Of a stretch of DNA of 33,481 nucleotides, positions 1 through 11,182 are shown piece after piece (position 1 is the stretch's first letter; each line of letters opens with the position of its first letter). The notes under the pieces were generated by a model. It was not told the DNA's origin and did not search any database. It saw nothing but the letters and a program-made list of their open reading frames with translations. A program made the translations under genes and the position numbers. The DNA is from Calcarisporiella thermophila CBS 279.70 (Eukaryota > Fungi > Calcarisporiellomycota): the NCBI RefSeq assembly GCF_041956535.1, contig NW_027192224.1:1-33481 (forward strand), given 5' to 3'.

Positions 1-997
1 CCTAACCTAAATAAAATGTGTTCAAAAAAAAATTTAATTAATGGTTCAAGTCGGCAAAAGCGATGGAATTAAGTAGAGATAGAAAACTTAATCCAAAAAT
101 GACTCAGGGATGATTACTTCCAATATCAAACCAAATATGCATCATTTAAAAGTAAAGTGACAACATCAAATATGACTACTAGAACTTAACCTTAGATCAT
201 GCAATAGGTTGTCCTGAAATTGCACCACCTATATCATTGTTTTCGCAATTAGCTTTTGTTCTGTTATAATTTCAGAATTCGATTGCTTATTGATTAGCTC
301 TAAAATCTATATCAGATATCCTGGCAGAATGATTTAGCAGAATCTAAAACTTAGAAATTAAACGAATCCTCGGGCTTTGAACCAACATAATCTTATTTTC
401 TTACTAATTCTTAGTGTCCAAATGAATCCTACTCAGGTCGAGGTGTTTCAAGGATTCGCAGCCATTGAAATTCCGCTAGGCTTAGTTAGAACTTGCAGTC
501 ATTATTAACACCTATTCAATATCTCAACTCGACCTAACTTTAAAATTGGAAAGTAAAATATTGTTTGGAGTTGTTTGTTCCTGATGACAACAACGTACTA
601 TTCCATAGTGATTTGTGGATAATTGAATATTAAAGATTACAAAGACTCAAATAATAACGAATTGAAAACAGTAATATTTTGATGAGAGAGAGTTTTGGAT
701 TTAAGTTGTAATAAAATCATCCAAAGAAAACAAGAGAATTGTAATATTTAAGAAAAGACTGCTTATCTTCTATATAGTGGTCGTTAGTCGAGAAATGTAG
801 TAATAATATTTGACCAGATCAAGTAAAGTATGATATAATATAGCCCCTTTATTAAATACCAGATAACAGTTATAATTCAAGATGGAACCAAGCTATCAAA
901 ATATTCATGACAATGATATATGGGTAAATAAATATATCTAATGTATTACTACTTGTCTACGAAGAAAATATTTGAGAATAAATTCAAGTGAATTTTG

Positions 998-2270
998 CTA
1001 TACATAACGATCCACACTGTCTAAGAGGACACACTCTTTCACCCCAGGAATAATTCCACCTCGCTTACTCACCCCCGATAAATCTCCAGCAAAACGCTCA
1101 CCGAAAGTTGCTGGCAATGCCCAACCACCACGACTGCCGGTTGACATCCATAGGCGATAGAGATGGCGCCGTTTAGTAGGGTCGGAATCGCTATCAACAT
1201 AACCTTCACGAGAATGAAGGATATGGTGGTTATGGACATACTGGATGTCTCCTGGTTGAAGATACATGCGAACTGCTTGCTCTTGGCACACTTCTTCAAT
1301 AGCCTCGATTGCTTCCAATCGAACATCTGTCAGAGGTGGCACTCCAGCATGACGCTTGGTAGTGGTAAGATAACTACGATCAAAAATGGTGAGCAGACGA
1401 CCCTTGAAATAATGAAATATGGGACTAAGGTAGAAGGGCAACTTGCCAGCTGGCACTTCACCCTTACGATCCCAGTACCAGTCGGATCTGCTAAGTTCTT
1501 TTACATATTCCGGGTTTTTCTTCATTAATTTGTTATAAACAGTATGAGAAGCGGCAAGAGCACTTGCACCACCCGACTCAGAAGTTTGAAGGCAAAGTAG
1601 AGCCACGATATCGGAAGAGTCGGTATGGAACCAGTGTCGCCTATTTGTAGTGTAAAGTCGAACTCCTGGTGCATCAGGATTATTTCCGTGATCTTTGACA
1701 TGTCCTAATATAGAAAGAAAGAAAGAAATGGCTGTGAAATTTATCTCTTCCAAAAGGATGGCTATTTTATATCAAATTATCAATGGCAATGATCCACTTA
1801 CCCAATAAATGCCCAAAGCTATTTTGAGAAACGAACGGACCAAAATAAGAAGATATTCCCATGAATGCTGCAGCAGACTCTTCTCGAGTATATCGCTGGA
1901 CTGGCAGACCGCGTATCAAAGTAAAACCACGACCCTCCTGAATATCACTGCGAATTTCCTCAAGTTTCTTGCCGAGATGAGGAAGAGGGAATCTGTAGAA
2001 AGTAATTTCTGCCAAAGGTAGGTCCAGAGAACGGAAGTAAACAATAGCTGCCTCAATTTCTTTGATATCCGAGTCCGTCAAGTGGTATGTCCAGATATCC
2101 TGGTTCGCTTGCATATATTGGCCTTCCCAAGCAGTGGGTCCTTCAATTTGTTTAGGGAATTCCTCGAAGACAGGATTAACAAAAGCAGCGAACGCATCTT
2201 TTACTCCAACCTTGAGTTCTTCTCCAGGGCTTGTGGAGATATCAATGTCTGCTTTGTGGGGGGGGGCCAT
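998..2270 (-). CDS. TauD/TfdA (clavaminate synthase-like) Fe(II)/2-oxoglutarate dioxygenase, ~391 aa, 2 exons (2270-1802, 1704-998)
   Basis: Two ORFs are joined in frame by a GTAAGT...TTAG intron (1801-1705), giving ...GHLLG|HVKDHG. Motifs: GRGFTLIRGLP, HTD (HxD), LQPGDIQYVHNHHILHSR, RHLYRLWM. Confidence 0.9.
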
Positions 2271-3030
2271 TTGATATGGATTATGCGAGAGCTAGAAATT
2301 ATATTGTCAAAAAGAAGATTTAGAAAAATCTAGGAGTATAGAAGAATTTGTAATTGAGGATGCCTGTTTTAGTTCAGTTTTATTGCCTTTTTATATGTTT
2401 TGGACTGATATTGATGGCCTAACTTCTTCTTTAATGATTCAAATATGTCTCCAATAATATAGAAAATAGCCACATAAGTGTACACAATATTTCCTTTTTA
2501 ATTCATGTCCATTCTATTGTTGCACGAGTTATAAAAAGAATTGCCATAGGGCAAAGCTTTGTGTATGTGACTTATTAATAATTTCCGAGTAACACCTTCG
2601 CTTATCTCCAATTGATTGCGAATTTTTTTGATCCATCACGAATTCTTGTCTAAAGTTTGAGCAAATGGTGATGCTTATACATACTATGATTTTATTTTGG
2701 TGCTTATGTATCGTGTGACATCCAAAAATATTAAAATGAAAGTTCTTCTCGGAGATCTTCGGGATCTGAATTTAATTTAAAAAGATTAAGTTATAACACA
2801 GCACAATGGCAACAGCGTGCAAACCTTTTTAATGTGAAAGTTCAAATATATTTAGCTTTAGGCCATTCATCTATTGAGAAGCGTTTTTCTGTTGCACCCT
2901 CTCACAAGAGCTTTGTTCAAGAATTCTTCGATAATAAACAAGAAAACTCATTTATAAATCAGTTTTTGACGCCATTTTTTTTTCCTAGTGTTTTTTCTTA
3001 TTTTTCTTCGGCATACATTCATCGGTTGCA

Positions 3031-4814
3031 ATGGCTTCCATTCCAGAATTAATTTGGGTCAGCGTTAAACCAGTCCTCAAAATTTTTATAGCCTCTGGTA
3101 TTATCTTCATTTAAAATTTTTCAATTGATCCTTAAATATCTAATATTATTTCCGTACAGCCGGAGGCGCAATACTTACGAGAGCAGGAGTTTTGGATGGA
3201 TGGGGTCTTAAACTATTATCAAAAGTAAAGGACCAAGACTGCTTTATTTATATAGAATAGAAATAGGTGCTGATATTTTAAATGTATACACTTTTTTACT
3301 CTTATACCCTAGGTTTGTGTCTACTTTTTGTCACCTGCACTACTTTTCTCTAAAACTGTGGCAGGAATTAGTGTGGATAAAATTGATCGCCTTGGGTAAG
3401 ATACACAGAACCATCTTTGGATGGTACTCTATGTGAACATTGAAAAATGAGACAAACTAACCTTTGATTATATTTCTGATGTGATTTACCCTATCAGCCT
3501 CATTGTGATGATGGCTCTCCTTTACATCACTATTGGGTTTTCCGCTGGATTCCTTATTAGACGCTTTTGTAAATTACCCCAAAATTTTTCTTATGCAGCA
3601 ATTGCAGTGGCGGCGTGGGGTAACTGGGTAAGTTAATTACTAAACCCATGGCTATAAGTTTCACTAACCTTGAAAATTATAACGTGATATTAAGGGTGAC
3701 ATTCCTCTTGCCCTTATAATGTCTTTGGGAGATATATCTCCTTTTCACAAAGGAGATACTGATGTCGGCGTCGCATATGCTTCGATCTTTCTTGCTGTAT
3801 TCTACTTTACAATGTGGGGTGCAGGCTACAAACTATTTCAGTGGGATTTCCCAGAAACTTCCAAACAAACCTCGGAAGATACGAGTACCGCTAAAAACAG
3901 TAGTGAAGCAATGGAGGAAGTCGTAGTTGATCAAGGAAAATTTAATGCAGATGAAGACACAGCGATTTCTCAAAATGAAGCAGCCCAAGAGCATGACACA
4001 AAAACCAAGGCTGGTGCCGACTATGAAGAGAAAGAACAGTCATTCAAAAATAATCCAAACAGAAGCGGCAAATCCATCTTGGCTCGTTTGCAAAAAATAA
4101 AAGAGAAGCTTGGGTTTATATTTAATCCTCCTAACGTAGCACTGCTGATCGGATTTACGATTGCTATGATTTCTCCACTAAAATCTCTTTTTGTTCCAAG
4201 CCCGTCTAATTCTAATCCGCCATTGATGTTCATTAGAGAAATTGCTGATTCGGTTGGAATGGCAGCCGTTCCAATTGTAGGTATCCCTATTTTATTTATT
4301 CCAATGATCAAACGAATGATCAACGGATTTTTGAAATACATCTACATTACACTGAATTTCATCGAGACTAATTTTTGTATATCTATTTTTAAAGGGTTTA
4401 ATTTGTTTAGGTGGTGGTCTTGCCCGGTTATCCATAAAATCAGTGCCTTTGCATGTTATCATCTTGCTTGTCGTTTCAAAATTGATTCTACTTCCGATCG
4501 TTGGTATTGGATTGGTTCAAGCTTTTACTTATTCTGCGCATTTGATAGACCCAGAGGATAAAATATTCAGGTATTGTGGCAAATAAGTTTATTCTTCATT
4601 TCAACATTATGCCTATTGAATTATTCTGCATTTAAGATTCGTTCTCCTGTTCACTGGATGTGTCCCCACTGCATCTACTTGTGTGCTTCTCACTCAACTC
4701 TATTCCCCTGATGGAGAATCACGTGAGATTGGTAGTGTTCTTTTAGTCATGTATTTAGTCTCTATGCTTAGTATGACTGGTTTTCTTACATTTTATCTTC
4801 ATCTGCTGAGTTAA
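3031..4814 (+). CDS. Auxin efflux carrier / Mem_trans family transporter (ECM3/PILS-like), 7 exons
   Basis: Spliced translation: MASIPELIWVSVKPVLKIFIASAGGAIL...FLSPALLFSK...AAWGNW|GDIPLALIMSL...(acidic loop)...NPPNVALLIG...GMAAVPI|GLICLGGGLARL...CVPTASTCVLLTQLY. Six GT-AG introns are phase-consistent; stop at 4812-4814. Confidence 0.88.
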
Positions 4815-5024
4815 GACAACTAGAATGCGAGTAAAAATTATAGATTTATTATCACATAACCCCAATCATTACCATTTATTTTCATTATTTAGATAATATT
4901 TATTTATTTTTCTCTCTCTTAGTCCCAACTATTTCTCATTTTATATTGTATAAAATAGTTTAATTTATGGCTCTGAGGTTAGAATTTTATAGTGTTTTCA
5001 GAAGAATATGTAAATTATACCTTT

Positions 5025-5060
5025 TGTTGGAGTACGATCAGGCGTGACTTCCTACCTGGA
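5025..5060 (+). mobile_element. Truncated 5' fragment of the same LTR family as 10076-10320
   Basis: TGTTGGAGTACGATCAGGCGTGAC matches the LTR start TGTTGGAGAACGACCAGGCATGA. No TCCAACA end is found nearby. Confidence 0.6.
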
Positions 5061-5434
5061 CAAAATAAGTTTTTCAAAGTTTTTCAAATTTTTGAGACTA
5101 TTATTTACGTCATTAGCTTGGTTATTAATTTACATGTTATTTAATCAATGGATTTAAAACAGCCTTGTTTTATCTACTATTCTCAAGGATTCTGATATCT
5201 TACAATGCAAATAAAAATACGAAAAATATAGATCATTAGTACAAAATACATAGCGAACCTTCTGTCAGTAAACTTTAAAACACAGATATATAGCCTTTAT
5301 ATTTTAAAAAGTTTAAAACAGTAGATGGAGAGGATAAACTAGTCTAAAAGGCTAGTATATTGAGCCACATGCTCTCAGTTACTATAATCATAATATCTAT
5401 TAGAAATTTAATGGTGCTATTCTACAGGCAAAAA

Positions 5435-6460
5435 TTAATTATACCTTTGAAATTTTGCTACCTTAATACTTGAAAGCGAAAGAGTTGCAGCGTCATTCGA
5501 TCTTTCTGCTTGCGATGAATTACAAACTAGTGTTGACGGAATATTGATGCTAATAGACGAATTCAGTTTGATGTGTTCAATTATAAAGGGTTCCACCATT
5601 GCATATGCGAAGTAGAGTACAATAAGCTGTCCCATGATTATATACACAATTTTTGCGATTTCAGTAGGCACCATTTTGTTATCAATCTCGATTTTGATGG
5701 TAATAATTAGCCACGAAAAGAAATTGTAGCCAAGTAACACGAGTATCATGGTGATTCTCCCAAAAATTTGGAACAATATATCGTGACGCTTTACGCGTAT
5801 TATATTCGAGTACGATCTATGAAAACATATGGTTGTTATTAACGTGAAGAAAAAATATATCCCAGATTCGAATATGATCAGAGCGTTTATAGTTTTCCAG
5901 AAAGTCATGTGGGAGGCGTGTTGAATCATTACAAGCGTGATAACAATGGAGCACGAAAGATTTGCGAACGAGAGGGACTGAATTATATATCGGACCTTGG
6001 TCCACTTGGTTTCAAGGGTGGATTGCATTACGAGCAAATTGTACAGCTTCAATGAATCGATAATGATAAGGCTGTTTAATGAGGAAAAAAGTGTGCTCAA
6101 AGCAATGGCAAGAATAGGACCTGACGAATACTCATAATCGCTTAAGAAATTGCAGAAGAGCAAATCTTGAAGTTGAGTGGCGAAATAACATAATCCAACC
6201 AGGCCTGAGGTAACTATCTTGAGTATTTTAATAAAGAGACTCTTAGGGGTCTTGATCCGAATCGTCTTGACAATATATGGAATGTAGAGCAGCAATATCC
6301 AAATGCCTAGAAATACAGTTACTCCCGAAATACTGCATGACCTGATGATTTGTTGCTTCCCCATATGCTGTACATAATGATTGCTAATTCTACATTGTGT
6401 AAAAAAGTTGATCGATTCGCAACATGCAATTAGTGTCTCGTTTTTAGAAGATAAATCCAT
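5435..6460 (-). CDS. Orphan 7-transmembrane (GPCR-like) protein, paralog A, 341 aa, intronless
   Basis: Seven hydrophobic segments (about residues 43-64, 75-97, 115-137, 158-179, 191-213, 228-255, 268-289). N-terminus has an NET sequon and CC...C. Aligns without gaps to 8678-9691. TATA-like TATATAAA lies ~50 nt upstream. Confidence 0.8.
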   Translation of the reverse strand: MDLSSKNETLIACCESINFFTQCRISNHYVQHMGKQQIIRSCSISGVTVFLGIWILLLYIPYIVKTIRIKTPKSLFIKILKIVTSGLVGLCYFATQLQDLLFCNFLSDYEYSSGPILAIALSTLFSSLNSLIIIDSLKLYNLLVMQSTLETKWTKVRYIIQSLSFANLSCSIVITLVMIQHASHMTFWKTINALIIFESGIYFFFTLITTICFHRSYSNIIRVKRHDILFQIFGRITMILVLLGYNFFSWLIITIKIEIDNKMVPTEIAKIVYIIMGQLIVLYFAYAMVEPFIIEHIKLNSSISINIPSTLVCNSSQAERSNDAATLSLSSIKVAKFQRYN

Positions 6461-8677
6461 AAATGAATAGGAATAATTTAAACAGCGAATTTCATGGAAA
6501 ATTCACGCGTTTATATAGTATCAGAGCAGTTTCATAATTCAACCATATTAGTATATTACTATACTATTACAGTTGTATATTTTTATGGTAATTTAATTCA
6601 TCTCGAGGATATCAATTACAACAAAATTTAAAACTGATAAGCACTTTTCAAGGATTCATTTCGCCTACTCCTCTCCAACTATTGACTTTTATGTTGTCTA
6701 TAGGCACTTATTTTATTTCGACATAGCAAACCATATATCATCAACAATGTATTAACAGTTCTGTAATTAAAGTCTTTCTCAGTAAAATAAAAGCTATTGA
6801 AAAATATCTTTGCCAAAACAAACCGAGTAATTTACATCCACGTAAACATTTTTGGATGAATGGTGAGTACTTAGTTAATGAACTGAAACCTGAAGAATAG
6901 GCAGTATATTTCGTCAAAAATGAATTTTACCATTAACACTCGAATGCGAATGTTTTACTGAGTGGATATTGCGGAATAAAATGTGTCTATGAGATAAGAA
7001 GAGATTCTAGTAATATTCAAATTAGTAATAGATCAGTAGTATAGTGAAGGGCGGATCAAAATAGGTTATTGTTTCTGTCCACTGGGCAACTCAGTTACCT
7101 TAAAATTTATGCAAAACCAGGATATTTCATGGAATGATTTTTGTGGAGAAACTAAAATAAGAAGTTTTATGTGAAAACTCGGCTCGAATTCATAAGCGAG
7201 AATAAACGTATCTGAATTATATTGGTCACGATTAAGGAGGATCGATACTTGTTTCAGCCCGAATCAGCAAGATACAGTAGCTTGCAATCCTTTTAATCAG
7301 TTAATAATCGAAATTCTTAGCAACTGTCTTGCCCAAATCATGAGTTGAAGTAAATCAAGTTATACAGCATCTTGTTGCTCTTACAATATGTGAATGTGCA
7401 GTATTTTATGCCACGGCTTAATATTATGGCAAGATATTGGATCTCGGGCGGGTAATATGCTAAATGTTTTTTGCCAATGATGTCTGGGGCAGAATCGAAA
7501 ATTCTCTCTTATTACAGCATATCAACTTCAATAAGAGATATAATATAACAAAATGCATAATATTATATCAATGTTTGTTACTTTTTTTTGGAGGATAAAA
7601 TTGAGATCAGATAAGCGAGACATTATGCTTCAACCTTTTGATACTAATTGCATGGTTTACTGAATCCGCGATTGCATAACTGCAAAAAAAAATTCTCAAC
7701 TTATAGGTTCAAGGCCGTCCTGCTGAATATTATTAACTCAAGGTCAAACTATACTCTTGAAATTTTACAAACCCAGATAACATAAGAAAAAGTGTAAGTC
7801 CCCGAATAAATGATATTTTCAAACCAAATTATTGTTTATATACAGAGTATATCTCTTGAACCGGAGAGCTATGTCAACGCCCTTAATGATACACTAGCAT
7901 TTGGATAATTCGAATAGTTGTTGGGAATACTCTAAGAGTTAAATAATCAAAAACTTGTAAACTTTCGGTTGCATTCAAATACATTCTATGTTTTGCCATA
8001 TTCGCTGCAAAAACAGGGCAAGATTTCTGATATCAATGGAGCAGGATCGCATTTCAAAAGGAACTAAATATGAAACTTAGGAAACACAAACCCAAAGATC
8101 CGAAAAGGCCATAAAGAATCTTACTTTGGTTTCTCCACACTGCCCTCGGTTGGCAAATAAAGATGATTTACAAATATTGAAGATTACCGAATCTACTTGG
8201 TGTATTGATCGGTACTCGCACATCTATAGTTTAGCAGTTACCAGAATAACAATAAGGTTTTCAAATTACACAAGAAAATCGTAAATTCATTGTAAAATTT
8301 TTATTGTATATGTTTTTGTCCTCAATATTAAACAGAAAATATATAATAACAACTTCAATGATGACGTAATAGAAATATTTTATAATTTGAGCAAGTGAAC
8401 CGTATGTAGCACCTCAACTTTAGTTGAAATTCCTAGTGTAACAATCTTGAAAATCGTGTTTCAAATTTGCAAGTGCGTACTTACCAGGGCCATCATTTCT
8501 ATGTGTGGAAAAGATGTGAGTATAGGACTAGTTTATGAATGGTGAGAGTCAAGACCGTTTTAAATTTCCTGCAATTTCATTGTATCTATATTAAACGCCA
8601 AAATTTAATATATATTATAAATTTGCATTTCGCATTGTTGCTTTTTAACTTCTGTTAATATCAGTAACAAATACTTT

Positions 8678-9691
8678 ATGAATTTGTCTTCGAACAACGA
8701 GACGCTCAAAGCCTGCTGCACTTCTATCAATTTCTTCACTCAATGTCGACCAAGTAATCATTATGTACAGCATATGGGAAAGAAGGAAATCATCAGATCC
8801 TGCAGCATTTCAGGAGTAACCGTATTTTTAGGGATATGGATAATAGTTCTATCTTTCCCTTACATTATTAGAACTATTCGGATCAAAACTCCAAAAAGTT
8901 TATTTGTAAAAGTGATCAAGCTTATAGCTTGTATCCTGGTGGGATTATGCTATTTCATTACACAACTACAAGATTTGCTCTTCTGCAACTTCTTAAGCGA
9001 TTATGAGTATGCTTCAGGACCTTTTCTTGCAATAGCGTTGAGCACCTTATTTTCCTCGTTAAACAGCCTCGTTATTATCGACTCCTTGAAGCTGTGCAAC
9101 CTGCTCCTGATGCAATCCTCTTTCGAATCGAAATGGAGTAAAATCCAGTTGATCATTCAGTCTCTTTCGTTCCTTAATCTCACGAGTGCCATTATTATTA
9201 CTATCGTGCTAATTCAGAAAGCTACCCAGATGACTTTCTGGAAAACACTTAACGCTCTAATCATATTCGAGTCTGGAATATATTTCTTGTTCACGCTTAT
9301 CACAAGTATATGCTTCCATAGAACATACACCAAAATAATGCGCGAGCAACGCTACGATATTTTGATCCAAATATTCGGAAGAATCGTAATGATGCTCATG
9401 CTATTAGGTTACAATTTCTTTGCATGGTTGATTATCACCGTCAAGATCGATGTAGAAAACAAACTGGTACCAACTGAAATCGCAAAAATAGTGTACATAA
9501 TAATGGGGCAACTTATAGTGGTATATCTTGTTTATGCCATATTGGAGCCTTACATTATTGAACGCATAAAGCTACAGGCTCCAGCTAAGCTCAGAATTCC
9601 AACTACTCCCGATTCTTCACGGAATGTAAAATTAATCGCTAATGAACCGTGCCAGCATTCCAATATCAAAATAACCGAGGATGAAAGGTAA
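8678..9691 (+). CDS. Orphan 7-transmembrane (GPCR-like) protein, paralog B, 337 aa, intronless
   Basis: About 76% identical (hand count) to paralog A over the first ~299 aa, with mostly conservative changes. The C-terminal tail is unrelated. Confidence 0.8.
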   Translation: MNLSSNNETLKACCTSINFFTQCRPSNHYVQHMGKKEIIRSCSISGVTVFLGIWIIVLSFPYIIRTIRIKTPKSLFVKVIKLIACILVGLCYFITQLQDLLFCNFLSDYEYASGPFLAIALSTLFSSLNSLVIIDSLKLCNLLLMQSSFESKWSKIQLIIQSLSFLNLTSAIIITIVLIQKATQMTFWKTLNALIIFESGIYFLFTLITSICFHRTYTKIMREQRYDILIQIFGRIVMMLMLLGYNFFAWLIITVKIDVENKLVPTEIAKIVYIIMGQLIVVYLVYAILEPYIIERIKLQAPAKLRIPTTPDSSRNVKLIANEPCQHSNIKITEDER

Positions 9692-10075
9692 GGAGATAAA
9701 TTATTTGCCAATATATATATTAGTCAATATATATATTAATGAATATCCATAATTTATTAGATGCTAAGAGATGGCTGAAGAATTAATATTTCGGAATCTA
9801 TGAATTTTATTATACAATGACTATCGATTCTTAATCTCCCTCATTTGAGATATATTCGTTTTTTTATTAGGTTCACTTCTAGTTAATTCTATATATAATT
9901 GTTTTTTATTAAGTTTAAAATACAATCAAGATTAATTAGATATAATGAAAGTATTTCGAGAGTTTACCAAAGATAATCTATATGATATCATGGATTAAAC
10001 ATTATAAAAATGTAGAAAAGCCTCAATACAGGAAAATTGATATCTTTAAATTCGAAATATTTTAAAATAAATTTC

Positions 10076-10320
10076 TGTTGGAGAACGACCAGGCATGATC
10101 TAAGTCTGGATAGTTGTTGTGTTACGACGGTTATTTCATACTTATACAAATATGTATAAGCAAGTATCTTATCATCATTATTAGTCATCATCTCCTATTC
10201 TATCATATATATAGGATGTGCTTTCTCTCTTTTGAATTCTCAAGTAGTGTGTGTTATTTGTGTTATCCCTTCTATCTGTCTTCTTTCCTTTTATTAATAT
10301 ACTCTTAATCAGTTCCAACA
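10076..10320 (+). mobile_element. Solo LTR (245 bp, copia-like termini) with 5-bp TSD ATTTC
   Basis: TGTTGGA...TCCAACA inverted termini; ATTTC at both 10071-10075 and 10321-10325; internal TATATATAGG followed by a CT-rich tract; homologous to 10342-10617 and 31557-31783. Confidence 0.9.
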
Positions 10321-10341
10321 ATTTCTTAAGATCGCCTAGAC

Positions 10342-10617
10342 TGTTGGATTTCAATAAGAGTATATTGATAAAAGGAAAGTAAACAGACAGAAGGGATAAC
10401 ACAAATAACACACATTAGGGAATTAAAAAGAGAGAAAACACATACTATATATATATCTGATGGGATAGGGTAGGAGATAAAAAGAAATAAAGATGGTGAG
10501 ACGCATGCTCGTACTTGTAAGGCGCGTGCTCGTACAAGTGTGCTATTAACTGATGTAACACAAATATTATCCGGAATATATATCGGACTACCAGTCATGC
10601 CTGGTCGTTCTCCAACA
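10342..10617 (-). mobile_element. Solo LTR (276 bp), same family, inverted relative to its neighbour, no matching TSD
   Basis: Reverse complement starts TGTTGGAGAACGACCAGGCATGAC, contains TTATTTGTGTTATCCCTTCTGTCTG and ends TCCAACA. Flanks TAGAC and ATAAC differ. Confidence 0.88.
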
Positions 10618-10954
10618 ATAACATAATATGTAAGATGAGCGATTGCTGTATTTTATAGCATATGAGTAAAAGATCTCAATTCAGTAAATATGGAGAAAAT
10701 AGAAAGTATTTAATTAACAAGTAAATATCTCAACACTTGCCTGAAGGTCTGTATTGTTTGGTACTTAGGTTTAAAATGTTAATGGTGAAATTTTTGAGGC
10801 AGTAAAACGAAAAACAGTATAATAATATATTATATATTCACTTTCAAACGGATATAGGGATATGACAAATATATATCAGTAGATCCTACAATTCCAAGCT
10901 TCTCAAAATAAAGTGGATCTTTGAGAGGATGATTAATATCCTACTACATTATGG

Positions 10955-11182
10955 TTACGCGTAATCACACGTACAAGTTACACTCACAATGCCAATACAC
11001 CTTCCCCTAACAGCTCCACAAGTTTTTCGACAAAAATTATCACAATTCAACATGAGACATTGCCCATCAGCCATGCACTGCCTCTTTTCAAGCGAAGACA
11101 AACTTTTACTAGAGCTCGTAGGAATCGCGGACGCTGCTCCAAAATAGAGAGTCATAACAAGCAGAGTAATCGAAAATCGCAT
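10955..11182 (-). CDS. Secreted CS-alpha-beta defensin-like prepropeptide (75 aa; 41-aa mature peptide, 8 Cys)
   Basis: ATG at 11182. Signal peptide MRFSITLLVMTLYFGAASA; Ser-rich pro region ending in a Kex2 site LEKR; mature QCMADGQCLMLNCDNFCRKTCGAVRGRCIGIVSVTCTCDYA with CxxxC, GxC and CxC. TATA-like CTATATAA lies upstream. Confidence 0.85.
   Translation of the reverse strand: MRFSITLLVMTLYFGAASAIPTSSSKSLSSLEKRQCMADGQCLMLNCDNFCRKTCGAVRGRCIGIVSVTCTCDYA

Noticed and set aside
1-10. CCTAACCTAA as a telomeric repeat; CCTACACCTAAC near 17525 as a telomerase template
   Set aside because: Too short, not CCCTAA-periodic, and no supporting structure.
433-537. AGGTCGAG...CTCGACCT inverted repeat as a MITE
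   Set aside because: Only ~11 of 13 bp match, no TSD, and no second copy in the window.
5590-5670. TM7 'EIAK' as a microbial rhodopsin retinal-binding Lys
   Set aside because: The Lys is at the start of the helix rather than mid-TM7, there is no DxxxK spacing, and no helix C RYxDW-type motif.
9988-10598. Four short ORFs (9988-10191, 10114-10308, 10181-10411, 10326-10598)
   Set aside because: They overlap the solo LTRs and are low-complexity, spurious translations.
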